From Candidatus Hydrogenedentota bacterium (lineage in GTDB: Bacteria > Hydrogenedentota > Hydrogenedentia > Hydrogenedentales > JAEUWI01), in NCBI GenBank assembly GCA_034669905.1, contig JAXMOL010000014.1, positions 32,001 to 96,000 on the forward strand: DNA of 64,000 nucleotides. The letters run 5' to 3'. Position 1 is the stretch's first letter, and the number at the start of each line of letters is the position of its first letter. The notes below the pieces were generated by a model. That model was given only the letters and a program-made list of their open reading frames with translations, ran no database searches and had not been told where the DNA came from. Positions 8,681-18,486 of the stretch are shown here, piece by piece. The position numbers and the translations under genes were made by a program.

Positions 8681-9649
8681 CTACCCCAGCCCCGCCAATG
8701 CTATCCCGCCCAAACCCACAATAGCCAGCGGCTCAATCAATCCAATCAGCAATCGCAGCCGAAAGAGGGCCTCGTCATAGAGCCCCCGGGACAGGTGCTC
8801 GAAACTATCATCGAGCTTTCCCGTAATCTCCCCGGTTTGAATGTAGGCCCGTGCTCCTTTCGGCAAGAACTTCGCCTCTGCCAGGGCCTCTTCCAGGCTG
8901 TGCCCCTCTCTCAGCAGCGGTGCCAGCCGCTCAAAATCTCCCGCGATACGTCGGGTACCTGTCACCTGCCCCGAAAGCCGCACCGCATGGTCGAGGGGCA
9001 GCCCCGTCCGTGTAAAAACCATCATGGCCCAGGCGAAACGGGAAATGAGGATGCGTCGCACGATTCCCGCAAAGGGCCAGGCATACATGAGCAGCGATTC
9101 GCGGGATACAAAGCGGAAGGTGACGCGGGCCACCACCACAATGGTCAGAAAGGTGCCGCCCACGTGAAGGCCGAAGTTTCGGAGTATCCAATAGAGTTGG
9201 GCTTCGAAGGGTGCCTCCGCAACACCCGCCACATCGGCCAGGAATGCCTGCAAGATGGGAATGCCGACGATGATGGCAAAGAACACGGCCGCCGGATAGG
9301 CCACCTGCCGAATCACGCCGTTATAGAGCCCACGGAGATCCTCATAGTAGTGCGTGAGTTGGGGCAAGATGGTGCCCAGGGCACCCGACTGCTCCCCGAT
9401 GGCGATTAGCTGCACAAAGAGCGGTGGAAACCGCTTCTGGTGCCAATGAATCGCCTGCGAGAGGGTGGCCCCCTGCAAGATGGACTGGCCCAAATCCCGG
9501 GTCACCGTGCGCAGGGCGTGACTTCCGGTGCTTTCTTCCAGGGCCTTCATGGCGCGCACCATGGGCACGCCGCTGTCGTAGAGGGTTCCCAGCCGGTGGG
9601 CAAAGTGGGCCAGATCACGGGCTGACAAGGTCGATGAAAGCAGGCCCAC
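8681..9649 (-). CDS. Type II secretion F / PilC family platform protein (short form)
   Basis: Two T2SSF repeats: SGVPMVRAM...GATLSQA...FPPLFVQLIAIGEQSGAL and TGLPLDHA...GHSLEEAL...GEITGKLD...LIEP. GTG start after AAGGAG. Confidence 0.85.
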   Translation of the reverse strand: MGLLSSTLSARDLAHFAHRLGTLYDSGVPMVRAMKALEESTGSHALRTVTRDLGQSILQGATLSQAIHWHQKRFPPLFVQLIAIGEQSGALGTILPQLTHYYEDLRGLYNGVIRQVAYPAAVFFAIIVGIPILQAFLADVAGVAEAPFEAQLYWILRNFGLHVGGTFLTIVVVARVTFRFVSRESLLMYAWPFAGIVRRILISRFAWAMMVFTRTGLPLDHAVRLSGQVTGTRRIAGDFERLAPLLREGHSLEEALAEAKFLPKGARAYIQTGEITGKLDDSFEHLSRGLYDEALFRLRLLIGLIEPLAIVGLGGIALAGLG

Positions 9650-9739
9650 CGATAGCTCCTTTACCGGGTCCTTAGAACCCCATCATTTTCATCCGTCCCC
9701 CATCCGCCACGGAGGTACGACTCCCCCTGCCTGCCCGGC

Positions 9740-10789
9740 TCAGCAGCAACAGCTGGCCCCATCGTCGTTACCCTTGAGCACCGTCGTTTCATCGCTGTGG
9801 AACAAACCGTAGTGCACACTCCGATCCCCCTTGACCTCAAAGTGGGGCGCGAAACGGGTTTCCTGCAACATGGCCGCCGTGTTCCCACAGACGGATACAT
9901 ACTTCCCCTTCGGAAAATGGTGGTGGTCATCCAGGGTGAAGGCACAGGGTTCATGGGGAATCGTGCCCAGATAACGCACAATCTGGCCAAAATCTTCGCT
10001 ACGATCTTCCAGCGAATCCACCTTAAAGGCGCGCACCGTAATCGAACAGAAGGTGGCGTCGCCCAGCTTCTCCGCCACCGCGGCATCATCGATGGACAAA
10101 ACCCGCCGGGTGGTCTCGCGGTAGTCGCGGATACCACAGTCGGCCAGGATACGGCGAAAATCTTCCAGGTACAAGGCGCCGGCCAGGCACTCACCCATGA
10201 GCACCGGGTCATCCTGCAAGGCGACGGGCAGACGCCGATCGGCAAAGACGTCGGAGAAATACAATTCGCCGCCCGGCTTGAGCACCCGCGCAATCTCGCG
10301 CAGGACCTGCTCTTTATTGGGCGACAGGTTGATGACGCAATTGGAAATCACCACATCAACGGAATGGTCGGCAATGCCCGCCTGGGCCAAGTCTTCCATA
10401 TAGCCCTGGACAAAACGGACATTGGACTGCCCGAAGCCAAAGCGGGCCATCTGGGTGGCTTCGTGTTTCCGGGCTTCGCCAATCTGCTCATCGGTCATGT
10501 CGAGCCCGATAACTTCCCCGGTCGGCCCTACCAGTTTGGAGCACACATAGACATCGCGCCCTGTACCGCAACCGAGGTCGAGGACCGTGCAGCCTTCCAG
10601 CGCGGCGGGAATAGGCGAGCCACATCCGTAAAACTTTTCCACGATAGCAGGCTCTAATTCGCCGATAATAGCGCGCACGTGGGCCGGCATACTATCCATC
10701 GAGCAACAGGCGTCGGTCTTCAGATCATCGCTGCCACCCAACACCTTGCCATAATATTCCTGCACCATTTCGTAGGTGGACTCTGCCAT
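9740..10789 (-). CDS. arsM: Arsenite S-adenosylmethionine methyltransferase (long AS3MT-like form)
   Basis: VQEYYGKVL, LKTDACC, FYGCGSP, VLDLGCGTGRD, DVVISNCVINLSP, GECLAGALY, VSVCGNT; C-terminal SCCC. Confidence 0.85.
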   Translation of the reverse strand: MAESTYEMVQEYYGKVLGGSDDLKTDACCSMDSMPAHVRAIIGELEPAIVEKFYGCGSPIPAALEGCTVLDLGCGTGRDVYVCSKLVGPTGEVIGLDMTDEQIGEARKHEATQMARFGFGQSNVRFVQGYMEDLAQAGIADHSVDVVISNCVINLSPNKEQVLREIARVLKPGGELYFSDVFADRRLPVALQDDPVLMGECLAGALYLEDFRRILADCGIRDYRETTRRVLSIDDAAVAEKLGDATFCSITVRAFKVDSLEDRSEDFGQIVRYLGTIPHEPCAFTLDDHHHFPKGKYVSVCGNTAAMLQETRFAPHFEVKGDRSVHYGLFHSDETTVLKGNDDGASCCC

Positions 10790-11039
10790 GATAAACACTC
10801 CGTCAGGCTGGGGGCTTGTGCCCGAATAATTACCAATACCGATACGCCAGGGACACCTACATCATTTCATCCCACTGCGCTCTTCATTCATTCACGGGAA
10901 CGGCGGAAGCAGGTCGAAGCACTACGCCCGGCTCTTGCATCTCACTCCCGTGGTACGTAGCATACAGCTTTCGCGCCCGCGCATGAAAGACAGGCGGCGC
11001 GCCGTTCCGCCTCGCTGCTAAGAAGGAGTCCAACAGACC

Positions 11040-12464
11040 GTGGTTTTCAGTTCCATTGTCTTCCTGTTTCTTTTTCTGCCGGTGGTCCTTTCGGCCTACT
11101 TCCTCTGTCCCCGGGCAGCCCGCAATTACCTGCTCCTGGCGGCAAGCCTCTTCTTCTACGCCTGGGGCGAGACGACCTTCGTCTTCGTCATGGTGGGCTC
11201 CATTGCACTGAACTACGTTTTCGGACTCTGGATTGATCGCGCACGGGGCACCCAATACGCCCGACTCCCCCTGGTACTCGGCATCCTCGTCAACCTCGAG
11301 CTCCTCGCCCTGTACAAATACAGCACCTTCTTCATCGACAATCTCAATTACTTCCTGGGGCTCTTCGGGGTCGCACCCCTCATGCTGGAAGGTCGCCACC
11401 TCCCCATCGGTATTTCCTTCTTCACCTTCCAGGCCATGTCTTACATCATCGATGTCTATCGGGAAGCCGCGCGCCCCCAACGGAACCCCTTTAACCTGGC
11501 TCTCTACATCGCCCTCTTCCCCCAACTCATCGCCGGGCCCATCGTCCGCTATCAGCAAATCGCCGCCGAAATCCTGGAACGCCGATCCCGCGCCCATGAC
11601 GTGGTCGAAGGCATCAAACGTTTCGTCATCGGACTGGGCAAGAAGGTGCTCATCGCCAACACGGTGGCCCTGGGGGCCGACCAGGTTTTCGCCCTGCCCC
11701 CCAACGAACTCACCACCCCCCTCGCCTGGTTCGGCATCGTCTGCTACACGCTCCAGATCTATTTCGACTTCTCCGGCTACTCCGATATGGCCATTGGCCT
11801 GGGCCGCATCTTCGGATTTCACTTTCTGGAAAACTTTCAGTGGCCCTACATCGCCCAATCCATCCAGGAGTTCTGGCGGCGCTGGCACATTTCCCTCTCG
11901 AGCTGGTTTCGGGACTACCTCTACATCCCCCTCGGTGGCAGCCGCGGCACCGCAGGGCGCACCGCCTTCAACCTCGTTACCGTATTTTTTCTCTGCGGAC
12001 TCTGGCACGGTGCCGCCTGGAATTTTGCGCTTTGGGGACTCTTCCACGGTGCCTTCCTCGTCCTCGAGCGGAGCCCCTTCGGCGCCTGGCTGGGGCGCTG
12101 GCCCCGTCCGCTGCGACACGTCTATGTACTCCTCGTCGTAATCGTGGGCTGGGTCCTCTTCCGAGTCACCAGCCTGGCCGCCGGAAGCACCTACCTCCTC
12201 GCCCTGGTGGGATTCGCCGAAGGCACCAGTGTAGTGCGCCCCCTGGCCCTCTACGCCACACCCGATATGCTCATGGCCCTTGTGGTGGGCTGCGTGGCCG
12301 CCACCCCCGTTTTGCCCCGCCTGCGCCAACTTGCCCTCATGCACCCGACCCTCCAGTTTGCCCGACCCTATGTGGCCTACGTCGGTTACTTCTTCTTGCT
12401 CTACACCTGCGCGGTGCTCTTGTCCGCCCAGACCTACAACCCCTTCATCTACTTCCGGTTTTGA
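11040..12464 (+). CDS. algI: MBOAT family O-acyltransferase, AlgI/PatA-like
   Basis: MVFSSIVFLFLFLP, LPIGISFFTFQAMSY, FPQLIAGPIVRY, QIYFDFSGYSDMAIG, EFWRRWHISLSSWFRDYLYIPLGG, GLWHGA; C-terminal PFIYFRF. Confidence 0.93.
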   Translation: MVFSSIVFLFLFLPVVLSAYFLCPRAARNYLLLAASLFFYAWGETTFVFVMVGSIALNYVFGLWIDRARGTQYARLPLVLGILVNLELLALYKYSTFFIDNLNYFLGLFGVAPLMLEGRHLPIGISFFTFQAMSYIIDVYREAARPQRNPFNLALYIALFPQLIAGPIVRYQQIAAEILERRSRAHDVVEGIKRFVIGLGKKVLIANTVALGADQVFALPPNELTTPLAWFGIVCYTLQIYFDFSGYSDMAIGLGRIFGFHFLENFQWPYIAQSIQEFWRRWHISLSSWFRDYLYIPLGGSRGTAGRTAFNLVTVFFLCGLWHGAAWNFALWGLFHGAFLVLERSPFGAWLGRWPRPLRHVYVLLVVIVGWVLFRVTSLAAGSTYLLALVGFAEGTSVVRPLALYATPDMLMALVVGCVAATPVLPRLRQLALMHPTLQFARPYVAYVGYFFLLYTCAVLLSAQTYNPFIYFRF

Positions 12465-12465
12465 T

Positions 12466-13638
12466 ATGAGCGACGCTACAACAACCCAAACGATGGCCGA
12501 TGCGGGCAGCCAGACACCGCGTCAACGGCTCTTCATTGGCATCTTCTTCCTCTTTCTCTGGCTGCCCTTGCTCGACAGCGTCCTCCACCTGGACCGCACC
12601 CTGCCCACCAACGAAAACCGGGCCCTCGCACCGGCACCCGTAGTCGATGCGCCCAAAGAATTTCCCCAACAGTTCTCCGCCTGGTACGACGACCGCTTCG
12701 GCTTTCGAAACTTCCTGGTGAAGCAATACCATACCGTCCATTTCGGGTGGCTCGGCATCACCGACCCCGAGCTCGTGGTGCAGGGGAAGGAGGACTGGCT
12801 CTACCTCGGCCGCCGTCGCCTCATCGATGAAGCCCGGGGCCTGAACCCGGCCACGGAAAACGAAATCGCGGCATGGGTCGAAAAACTCGACGCCATTCAC
12901 GCCTGGCAGACCCAGCGGGGCGGTCGCTTCCTGTTGGTCCTCGTGCCCGACAAACACCGGGTCTATCCCGAATACCTCCCCGACTGGTTCATTCCCCAGG
13001 AACAACGCCGGAAGGAACAATTGCTCCAGGCCCTCGCAGGACACGAGATGGAAATTCTCGACCTGACCAAAATATTACGGATCATGAAACCTGCGTTCTC
13101 CCACGATCTATGGCTGAAGACCGATACCCACTGGAATGGCCTCGGCGCCTTTGGCGCCACGCAGGCCATCACCCAACAACTCGGCCTGCCCATACCGCCC
13201 GAAGACGATTTCGTGCTGGCCGATCACCCGCCGCTCCACGAAAACGCCTGGCACAAAACGGGGAACCTGGCCGATTTTCTCGGGGTCCGTAGTCTCGTAC
13301 CCGAAGATTGGATCGGCCTCCTGCCCAAAGAACCCCAGGCCCAACGCCATACCCACTTCGCCCCACCCACCCGTAACGTGAGTGGTGTGAATGTGCCCCT
13401 GGCCAGCCGCATCGACAACGACTCCCTGCCCACCGGCCTCGTACTCGGCGACTCCTTCCGCTGGGCACTCATTCCCACCCTGTCGGAATCCTTTCGTGAG
13501 ATCCTCTATACGGACTTCCGCTACTGCTTCTTTGATCCCGCCCTGGCCGAGTCACTAAATCCCGATATCATCCTATTCCAGATGACCGAGCGCCAGTTGC
13601 TCCACCACCCGTTACCGCCAGGCGAAAACACGTGGTAG
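12466..13638 (+). CDS. AlgJ/AlgX-like SGNH O-acetyltransferase partner
   Basis: Starts 1 nt after the algI stop. N-terminal TM followed by ENRALAP, DDRFGFR, GKEDWLY, VPDK, DTHWN and LVLGDSF. Confidence 0.85.
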   Translation: MSDATTTQTMADAGSQTPRQRLFIGIFFLFLWLPLLDSVLHLDRTLPTNENRALAPAPVVDAPKEFPQQFSAWYDDRFGFRNFLVKQYHTVHFGWLGITDPELVVQGKEDWLYLGRRRLIDEARGLNPATENEIAAWVEKLDAIHAWQTQRGGRFLLVLVPDKHRVYPEYLPDWFIPQEQRRKEQLLQALAGHEMEILDLTKILRIMKPAFSHDLWLKTDTHWNGLGAFGATQAITQQLGLPIPPEDDFVLADHPPLHENAWHKTGNLADFLGVRSLVPEDWIGLLPKEPQAQRHTHFAPPTRNVSGVNVPLASRIDNDSLPTGLVLGDSFRWALIPTLSESFREILYTDFRYCFFDPALAESLNPDIILFQMTERQLLHHPLPPGENTW

Positions 13639-13720
13639 CGACATCGGCGGGACGTTGGGACGTTTCGCCGCAGGGGCAATAGACACCGCAGCGGAGACGG
13701 TGTGAAAAACGGAAGCATCC

Positions 13721-14162
13721 GGACAGGGGCGCACCACACAGATCACCAGCGCAATCGACACCAACGCACACACCATCATCACAGCGACGCAACACCATCT
13801 ACCCCTCACCGTGAGCAAGCTCACTCAGAAAAGCGCAAGCAAGCTTACGCACGCCACAGAGACAACCTGCGCAAACAAGACGCACTCCTTGGAGTGGGAC
13901 AGCTTGCTGTCTCCCTGCCGAAGGGAGCTTGCTCCCGACGAACGGGCGCGCACGGCGCAGTGCACCCGCGCAACCGACACCAAAGCACACACCAGCATCA
14001 CAGCGACGCAACACCATCTACCCCACACCGTGAGCAAGCTCACTCAAAAAAGCGCAAGCAAGCTTACGCACGCCACAGAGACAACCTGCGCAAACAAGAG
14101 GCACTCCTCGTAGTGAGACAGCTTGCTGTCTCCCTGCCGGAGGGAACTTGCTCCCGACGAAC
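13721..14162. repeat. Two-copy 219-bp tandem repeat containing family A REP arms
   Basis: 13749-13943 and 13968-14162 align without gaps at offset 219 with about 10 substitutions; weaker similarity extends back to about 13721. Confidence 0.9.
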
Positions 14163-14178
14163 TCACACAGACTCCGCG

Positions 14179-15576
14179 CTACGGCACCGCGTCCAGCACC
14201 CGCCGTATAAACGCCTCCAGCGGAAACTTACCTTCCGTCGTCAGCCCAAGCCGCACAATGACCATATCCCGCGACGGCACGACGACGACAAACTGCCCTT
14301 CATGGCCCGATGCGAAATAAAGGTCTCCGGGCAAGGTCGGCATGGGACGACGTTCCGGCTCGCCAGACGGGCCCGCGTTCAGCCACCAGTGGGCCCCATA
14401 ATTTCCCTTCGGCGCGGTGGGCGTCGGAGTCGCGCTGTATTCCACCCAGCCCTCCGGCAGAATCCGCTCCCCCTCCCAGACACCGTCCCGCAGATACAGC
14501 AACCCAAAGCGCGCCCAGTCCCGCGCCGTGGCATAGGTATAGGACGAACCCACAAACGTCCCGGAGGCATCGGGCTCCATCAGCGCACTCCCCATGCCCA
14601 GCGGACCAAAGAGGGCCGTGCGGGGAAAATTGAAGTAGTCGGCCTGGCTGCCACCCACAGCCTCCCGCACGATGCGGGACACCAGATTCGACGTACCACT
14701 CGAATAGGCCCAATGGGTATCGGGCCCGTGGGCCAGGTCACATCGCGCGGCATAGCTGCCGAAATCTTCGGAGCGATAAAGCATGTGCAGCACATCGGCG
14801 AAGGGGTCCCCGTAGCCTTCGTTAAATTCGAGGCCGCTGCTCATGCGCAACAACATATCCAAGGTAATGGCCTGTCGCGGATCGCCCGGTTCCTGCCACT
14901 CCGCAACGGGCGCCGGCGCATGCAGATCCAGTTTCCCTTCTTTCACCAGCACCCCCACAAGGGCACTGGTCACGCTCTTCGACATGGACCAGCCCAACAG
15001 GGGCGTGTGGGCGTCAAAGCCGGGCGCATAACGCTCCGCAATCAACTGTTCGCCCTGCACCACCAACACCGCCCGCGTGCGGCGTCCGGGAATTACACCC
15101 GGTTCCTCAAAGGCCCACGTGATCGCTTCTTCGAGGGCGTGCTGGGGAAGGGCAGAAAGCCCTTCAACTATCGGCCCGTCTCCCCGAGGCCACGGCATGT
15201 GCGGCTCCGGTCCGGGAATTTCCACGGGGGTGAATTCCGTCTCAAAGGCCACTTCCGACTTCCCCGGTGCCAACAAGGTCACACCGATTCCCGGGTGGTA
15301 GACCGCCGTGCGAGCGGCAAGCCCCAGGCAGGACACCGTCACCGAACGGGCTTCTTCATCCCGCGACCAGCGAAGCAAGCCAATGTACTGCGCGACATCT
15401 TCCGCCACGATTTGCCCTTCTTCCCGCCCGGCCACATAGAGGGAAGAGGCAAAAACCTTGGCCGTATGCCCGTTGATAATGGGAAACACCACGCGAAGGA
15501 GAAACCCCGCGACAAGCAGGAGCGCGAGCAGCAACAGCGATGCGGCCACCTTGAGCCAGCGACGTTTTTTCGTCAT
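14179..15576 (-). CDS. Membrane-anchored serine hydrolase (beta-lactamase class C / NylB-like)
   Basis: WSMSKS (SxxK), LLRMSSGL, WAYSSG, ARDWARFG, YGAHWW, ASGHEGQ; N-terminal TM after MTKKRR. Confidence 0.88.
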   Translation of the reverse strand: MTKKRRWLKVAASLLLLALLLVAGFLLRVVFPIINGHTAKVFASSLYVAGREEGQIVAEDVAQYIGLLRWSRDEEARSVTVSCLGLAARTAVYHPGIGVTLLAPGKSEVAFETEFTPVEIPGPEPHMPWPRGDGPIVEGLSALPQHALEEAITWAFEEPGVIPGRRTRAVLVVQGEQLIAERYAPGFDAHTPLLGWSMSKSVTSALVGVLVKEGKLDLHAPAPVAEWQEPGDPRQAITLDMLLRMSSGLEFNEGYGDPFADVLHMLYRSEDFGSYAARCDLAHGPDTHWAYSSGTSNLVSRIVREAVGGSQADYFNFPRTALFGPLGMGSALMEPDASGTFVGSSYTYATARDWARFGLLYLRDGVWEGERILPEGWVEYSATPTPTAPKGNYGAHWWLNAGPSGEPERRPMPTLPGDLYFASGHEGQFVVVVPSRDMVIVRLGLTTEGKFPLEAFIRRVLDAVP

Positions 15577-15610
15577 GGAATTTCCTTCTGGGTGATGGGG
15601 TGCGTACGCC

Positions 15611-16993
15611 TCAGGGATTATCCACATAACCCAAGGCTTCGAGGCGCTCACGGTCGGCCTCACTCAACGGCGCACCATCCACGGCGCCCCCGTCAAGTGT
15701 CCGGTGTTCCTCGAGCAGGTCCGCAAACGCACGAACCCGCTCGGGCGCGATGGTCGCTAAGTCCTGCGCCTCTTTGGGGTCCCGCTCCAGGTTAAAGAGC
15801 GACGTCGTCTCCGTGCGGCGATCCACCAGGTAGCTGTAGCCGTCGCGGTACACGCCCTCCACCTGCACGCCCAAGGCAGGCCAGGGTCCCCGGGAGAACG
15901 AATAGACCGTCGCGGAAGACACGGGCTTTTCCCAATCTGCTTTCCCGTCGAGGTAGTCCAGCAGTTGTTGTCCCAACAGCTGGGTGGACACGGTCGTTTT
16001 TATTTCCTGCTGCGGCACCCTCGGCCCTACCCAGAAATAGGGCACGTGGACCTGCTCCTGAAAAAGAGTCGTGCCATGGCCCATGCCGCCCCGCTCCCAA
16101 AACTCCTCGCCGTGATCCGAGACAAACAAAAACACCGTATTCGGGTAGACGGATTGAATCCCGGTCACCAGCCCTTCGATGGCCTGGTCCATGGCGAGAC
16201 ACTCCAGATCATAACGATGGTGTACCCCTTCTTTCCCTTCCGGCGAAAGGTCGGGCAGGGTCGGCGCCGGTTGCAGGCCCAGGGCCGTCTGTACCTGGTC
16301 CATGTAGTAGGCCATGAAGCGTCCATCGTCGCCCAGCACTTCCCGGTCATAGGCCGTCATCTCCGGCTGCGGGCCGAGCGCATGGGCCAGCCCCTCGGGC
16401 ACGTGATAGGGCGCATGGGGCTCCATATAGTGGGCGTAGAGAAAGAAAGGGGCCGCAAATTCGGTAGCGGCGGCGAGCGACAGGGCCGTCACCTGGCTGG
16501 CCGGTGCCCCATTCGCAAAGTGATAGTCGCCCGCGACAAATCCCTGGGCAAAACCGAGGGCCGCCGTCAGGTTCGCATTGGTCTGATAGCCCCACGTGCG
16601 ATAGCCCCGCGCCTGCAACTGCTCGGCCAGGGTGACGTGTGATTCGGACAAGCGGTCACTGGTAGGGTGCGCCGGGTCTTCCTGCCGCGCACTGTAGATC
16701 ACCCCATGGGCCTCGGGCGATAGCCCTGTAAACAAAGACGCCATCGTCGGCTTGGTCCAACTGCTGGGGCTGATGGCGTGGCGATACGCTGTGCCCGAAG
16801 CAGCCATGCGGGACAAAAAAGGCATGACCGCCTTCCCGTTCCGCGTGGCATCGAGACGGTCGGCCCGCAGGGTGTCCATGACGACGAGCACCACATTGGG
16901 AGAAACCTCCGGCTCCACGGGGGCCTTGCATCCCCCCGCAAGAAGGAGCAGGCCGACCCACGCTACGCACGCCGTCTTCACTCGTGTTCCCAT
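15611..16993 (-). CDS. Sulfatase-like hydrolase/transferase lipoprotein with non-canonical active-site motif
   Basis: Lipobox LLAGGC; DTLRAD; SSWTKPTMASLFTG in place of C/SxPxR; HYMEPHAPY; SDHGEEF; C-terminal RLEALGYV. Confidence 0.82.
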   Translation of the reverse strand: MGTRVKTACVAWVGLLLLAGGCKAPVEPEVSPNVVLVVMDTLRADRLDATRNGKAVMPFLSRMAASGTAYRHAISPSSWTKPTMASLFTGLSPEAHGVIYSARQEDPAHPTSDRLSESHVTLAEQLQARGYRTWGYQTNANLTAALGFAQGFVAGDYHFANGAPASQVTALSLAAATEFAAPFFLYAHYMEPHAPYHVPEGLAHALGPQPEMTAYDREVLGDDGRFMAYYMDQVQTALGLQPAPTLPDLSPEGKEGVHHRYDLECLAMDQAIEGLVTGIQSVYPNTVFLFVSDHGEEFWERGGMGHGTTLFQEQVHVPYFWVGPRVPQQEIKTTVSTQLLGQQLLDYLDGKADWEKPVSSATVYSFSRGPWPALGVQVEGVYRDGYSYLVDRRTETTSLFNLERDPKEAQDLATIAPERVRAFADLLEEHRTLDGGAVDGAPLSEADRERLEALGYVDNP

Positions 16994-18348
16994 TTGAGAA
17001 TCCACGGGTCGTTGGTCCGCTCCTGATGGGCCTTGAGACGGCCCTGCATTTCGGCGAGCAACTCCGCATAGGCGGGATCGTCGGCCAGGTTCTTCACCTC
17101 ATCGGGGTCCACGTCCAGGTCATACAACTCGAATTCCGGACGATGGAGATAGGCCTCGATGGGACGATTCGCAAAGTGGGTCGCATCGGTAATCACGAGA
17201 TGCTGCCACGTTTTCGAGGCCCATAAGTCGGAAGCAAAAGGAAAGGACAGGCCATGGGCCAGATTCCAAATGAGTTTGTAGCGGCGGTCCCGCAGGACGC
17301 GCATGGGATAGTACATGGTGATTTCGTGGAAGGTATGACTCGCAAAAACGCTGTCCCACCCTTCCGGCGCGGGCTGGTCCAACACCGAAAGAAAGGAGCG
17401 TCCATGAAACGCCGCTTCCGCCGGCAAGAGCCCCGTGTAGTCCAAAATCGTCGGCGTAATATCTGCCCAGGTCACCATGGCGTTGGTCACCACGCCCTGC
17501 TGCGCCACATCGGGATTCCGCACCACACAGGGCAGGCGGAGCCCCGGTTCGTAGCAATTGGTCTTCGCACCGGGAAAAGCAATGCCGTTGTCCGATATAT
17601 AGATAATCAGCGTGTCGTCCCAATGCCCCGTGTCTTTCAACGTTTCTATCAAGGCCACCAGCCCCGAATCCGCCTGCTCCACGGAGCTGTAATACTCCGC
17701 CAACTCCTGACGGGTCGCCGCGTTATCGGGCAGAAAGGAAGGCACCAACACATCCTTGGGGTGCACCGCTTCGGCCTCCTCCCGCTTGAAAGGACGGTGG
17801 GGCTCCTGGGTACAGAAATAGAGAAAGAAGGGCCGCTCATCGTCGGCACGAATAAAGGCATCCGCCCCCGCCGCCAGTTTACTCGGCGAGTTGCCTTTGC
17901 CCTCCATGAAATCCTTCCCCCAGAATTCAAAGTCATATTGGGCCTGGGGTGCCACGTGGTATTTACCAAAGGAGGCCGTCCGGTAGCCTCCTTCACGCAA
18001 GCGATTGGGCAGGCTCTTCACGGAATCGAAGGTCTTGAAGTGGTGGTAGCTGTGGGCATGGCCATATTGACCATTCGCGTGATTCAACACGCCGGTAAGA
18101 ATCACCGAACGGCTCGCACTGCACGAGGGCGTGGTACAGAATCCGTGGGTAAACCGGGTGCCCGCTTCCGCCAAGGTGTCGAGTCCCGGCGTCTTGATCA
18201 CCGGGTTTCCGTAACACCCGGCGTCCGTGCTTCCCTGGTCATCGGTCACATACAACACGACGTTTTTCGGTGCGGCCTGGCTGAGCTCCGACGCCAACAC
18301 CACACCCAACACAACGGCCCATACGACAACATTCATTCGACCCATCAT
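16978..18348 (-). CDS. Cys-type sulfatase, N-sulfoglucosamine sulfohydrolase (sulfamidase)-like
   Basis: VTDDQG, CSASRSVILTG, GKYHV, EPHRP, SDNG, HTFHEITMYYPMR; signal peptide. Confidence 0.9.
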   Translation of the reverse strand: MMGRMNVVVWAVVLGVVLASELSQAAPKNVVLYVTDDQGSTDAGCYGNPVIKTPGLDTLAEAGTRFTHGFCTTPSCSASRSVILTGVLNHANGQYGHAHSYHHFKTFDSVKSLPNRLREGGYRTASFGKYHVAPQAQYDFEFWGKDFMEGKGNSPSKLAAGADAFIRADDERPFFLYFCTQEPHRPFKREEAEAVHPKDVLVPSFLPDNAATRQELAEYYSSVEQADSGLVALIETLKDTGHWDDTLIIYISDNGIAFPGAKTNCYEPGLRLPCVVRNPDVAQQGVVTNAMVTWADITPTILDYTGLLPAEAAFHGRSFLSVLDQPAPEGWDSVFASHTFHEITMYYPMRVLRDRRYKLIWNLAHGLSFPFASDLWASKTWQHLVITDATHFANRPIEAYLHRPEFELYDLDVDPDEVKNLADDPAYAELLAEMQGRLKAHQERTNDPWILKWEHE

Positions 18349-18486
18349 TCATACTTCCTGTCTGGCCGGACCATGGCCTCCACCGGCCCCTTGAATTCAC
18401 AGGGCGTCTCCGCCCAACATGGTACCGCTGTAGGATGCCCCACCTATCGGCAGGGTTACAAGTAAACCGGAGAGAGGAATACCCCC

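Noticed and set aside
9689..9742. Selenocysteine read-through of the arsM TGA after CCC
   Set aside because: Read-through adds only 16 unremarkable residues before another TGA, and I see no convincing bacterial SECIS hairpin; a terminal Cys cluster is normal for ArsM.
13721..14162. Repeat pair as a DGR template/variable repeat or CRISPR array
   Set aside because: Substitutions involve all four bases rather than only adenines, there is no reverse transcriptase or cas gene, and there are no unique spacers between short identical repeats.
13702..15795. 697-aa + strand ORF with an internal 73-aa repeat
   Set aside because: It is the antisense shadow of the serine hydrolase plus read-through of the 219-bp DNA repeat; Arg/His-rich with no protein motifs.
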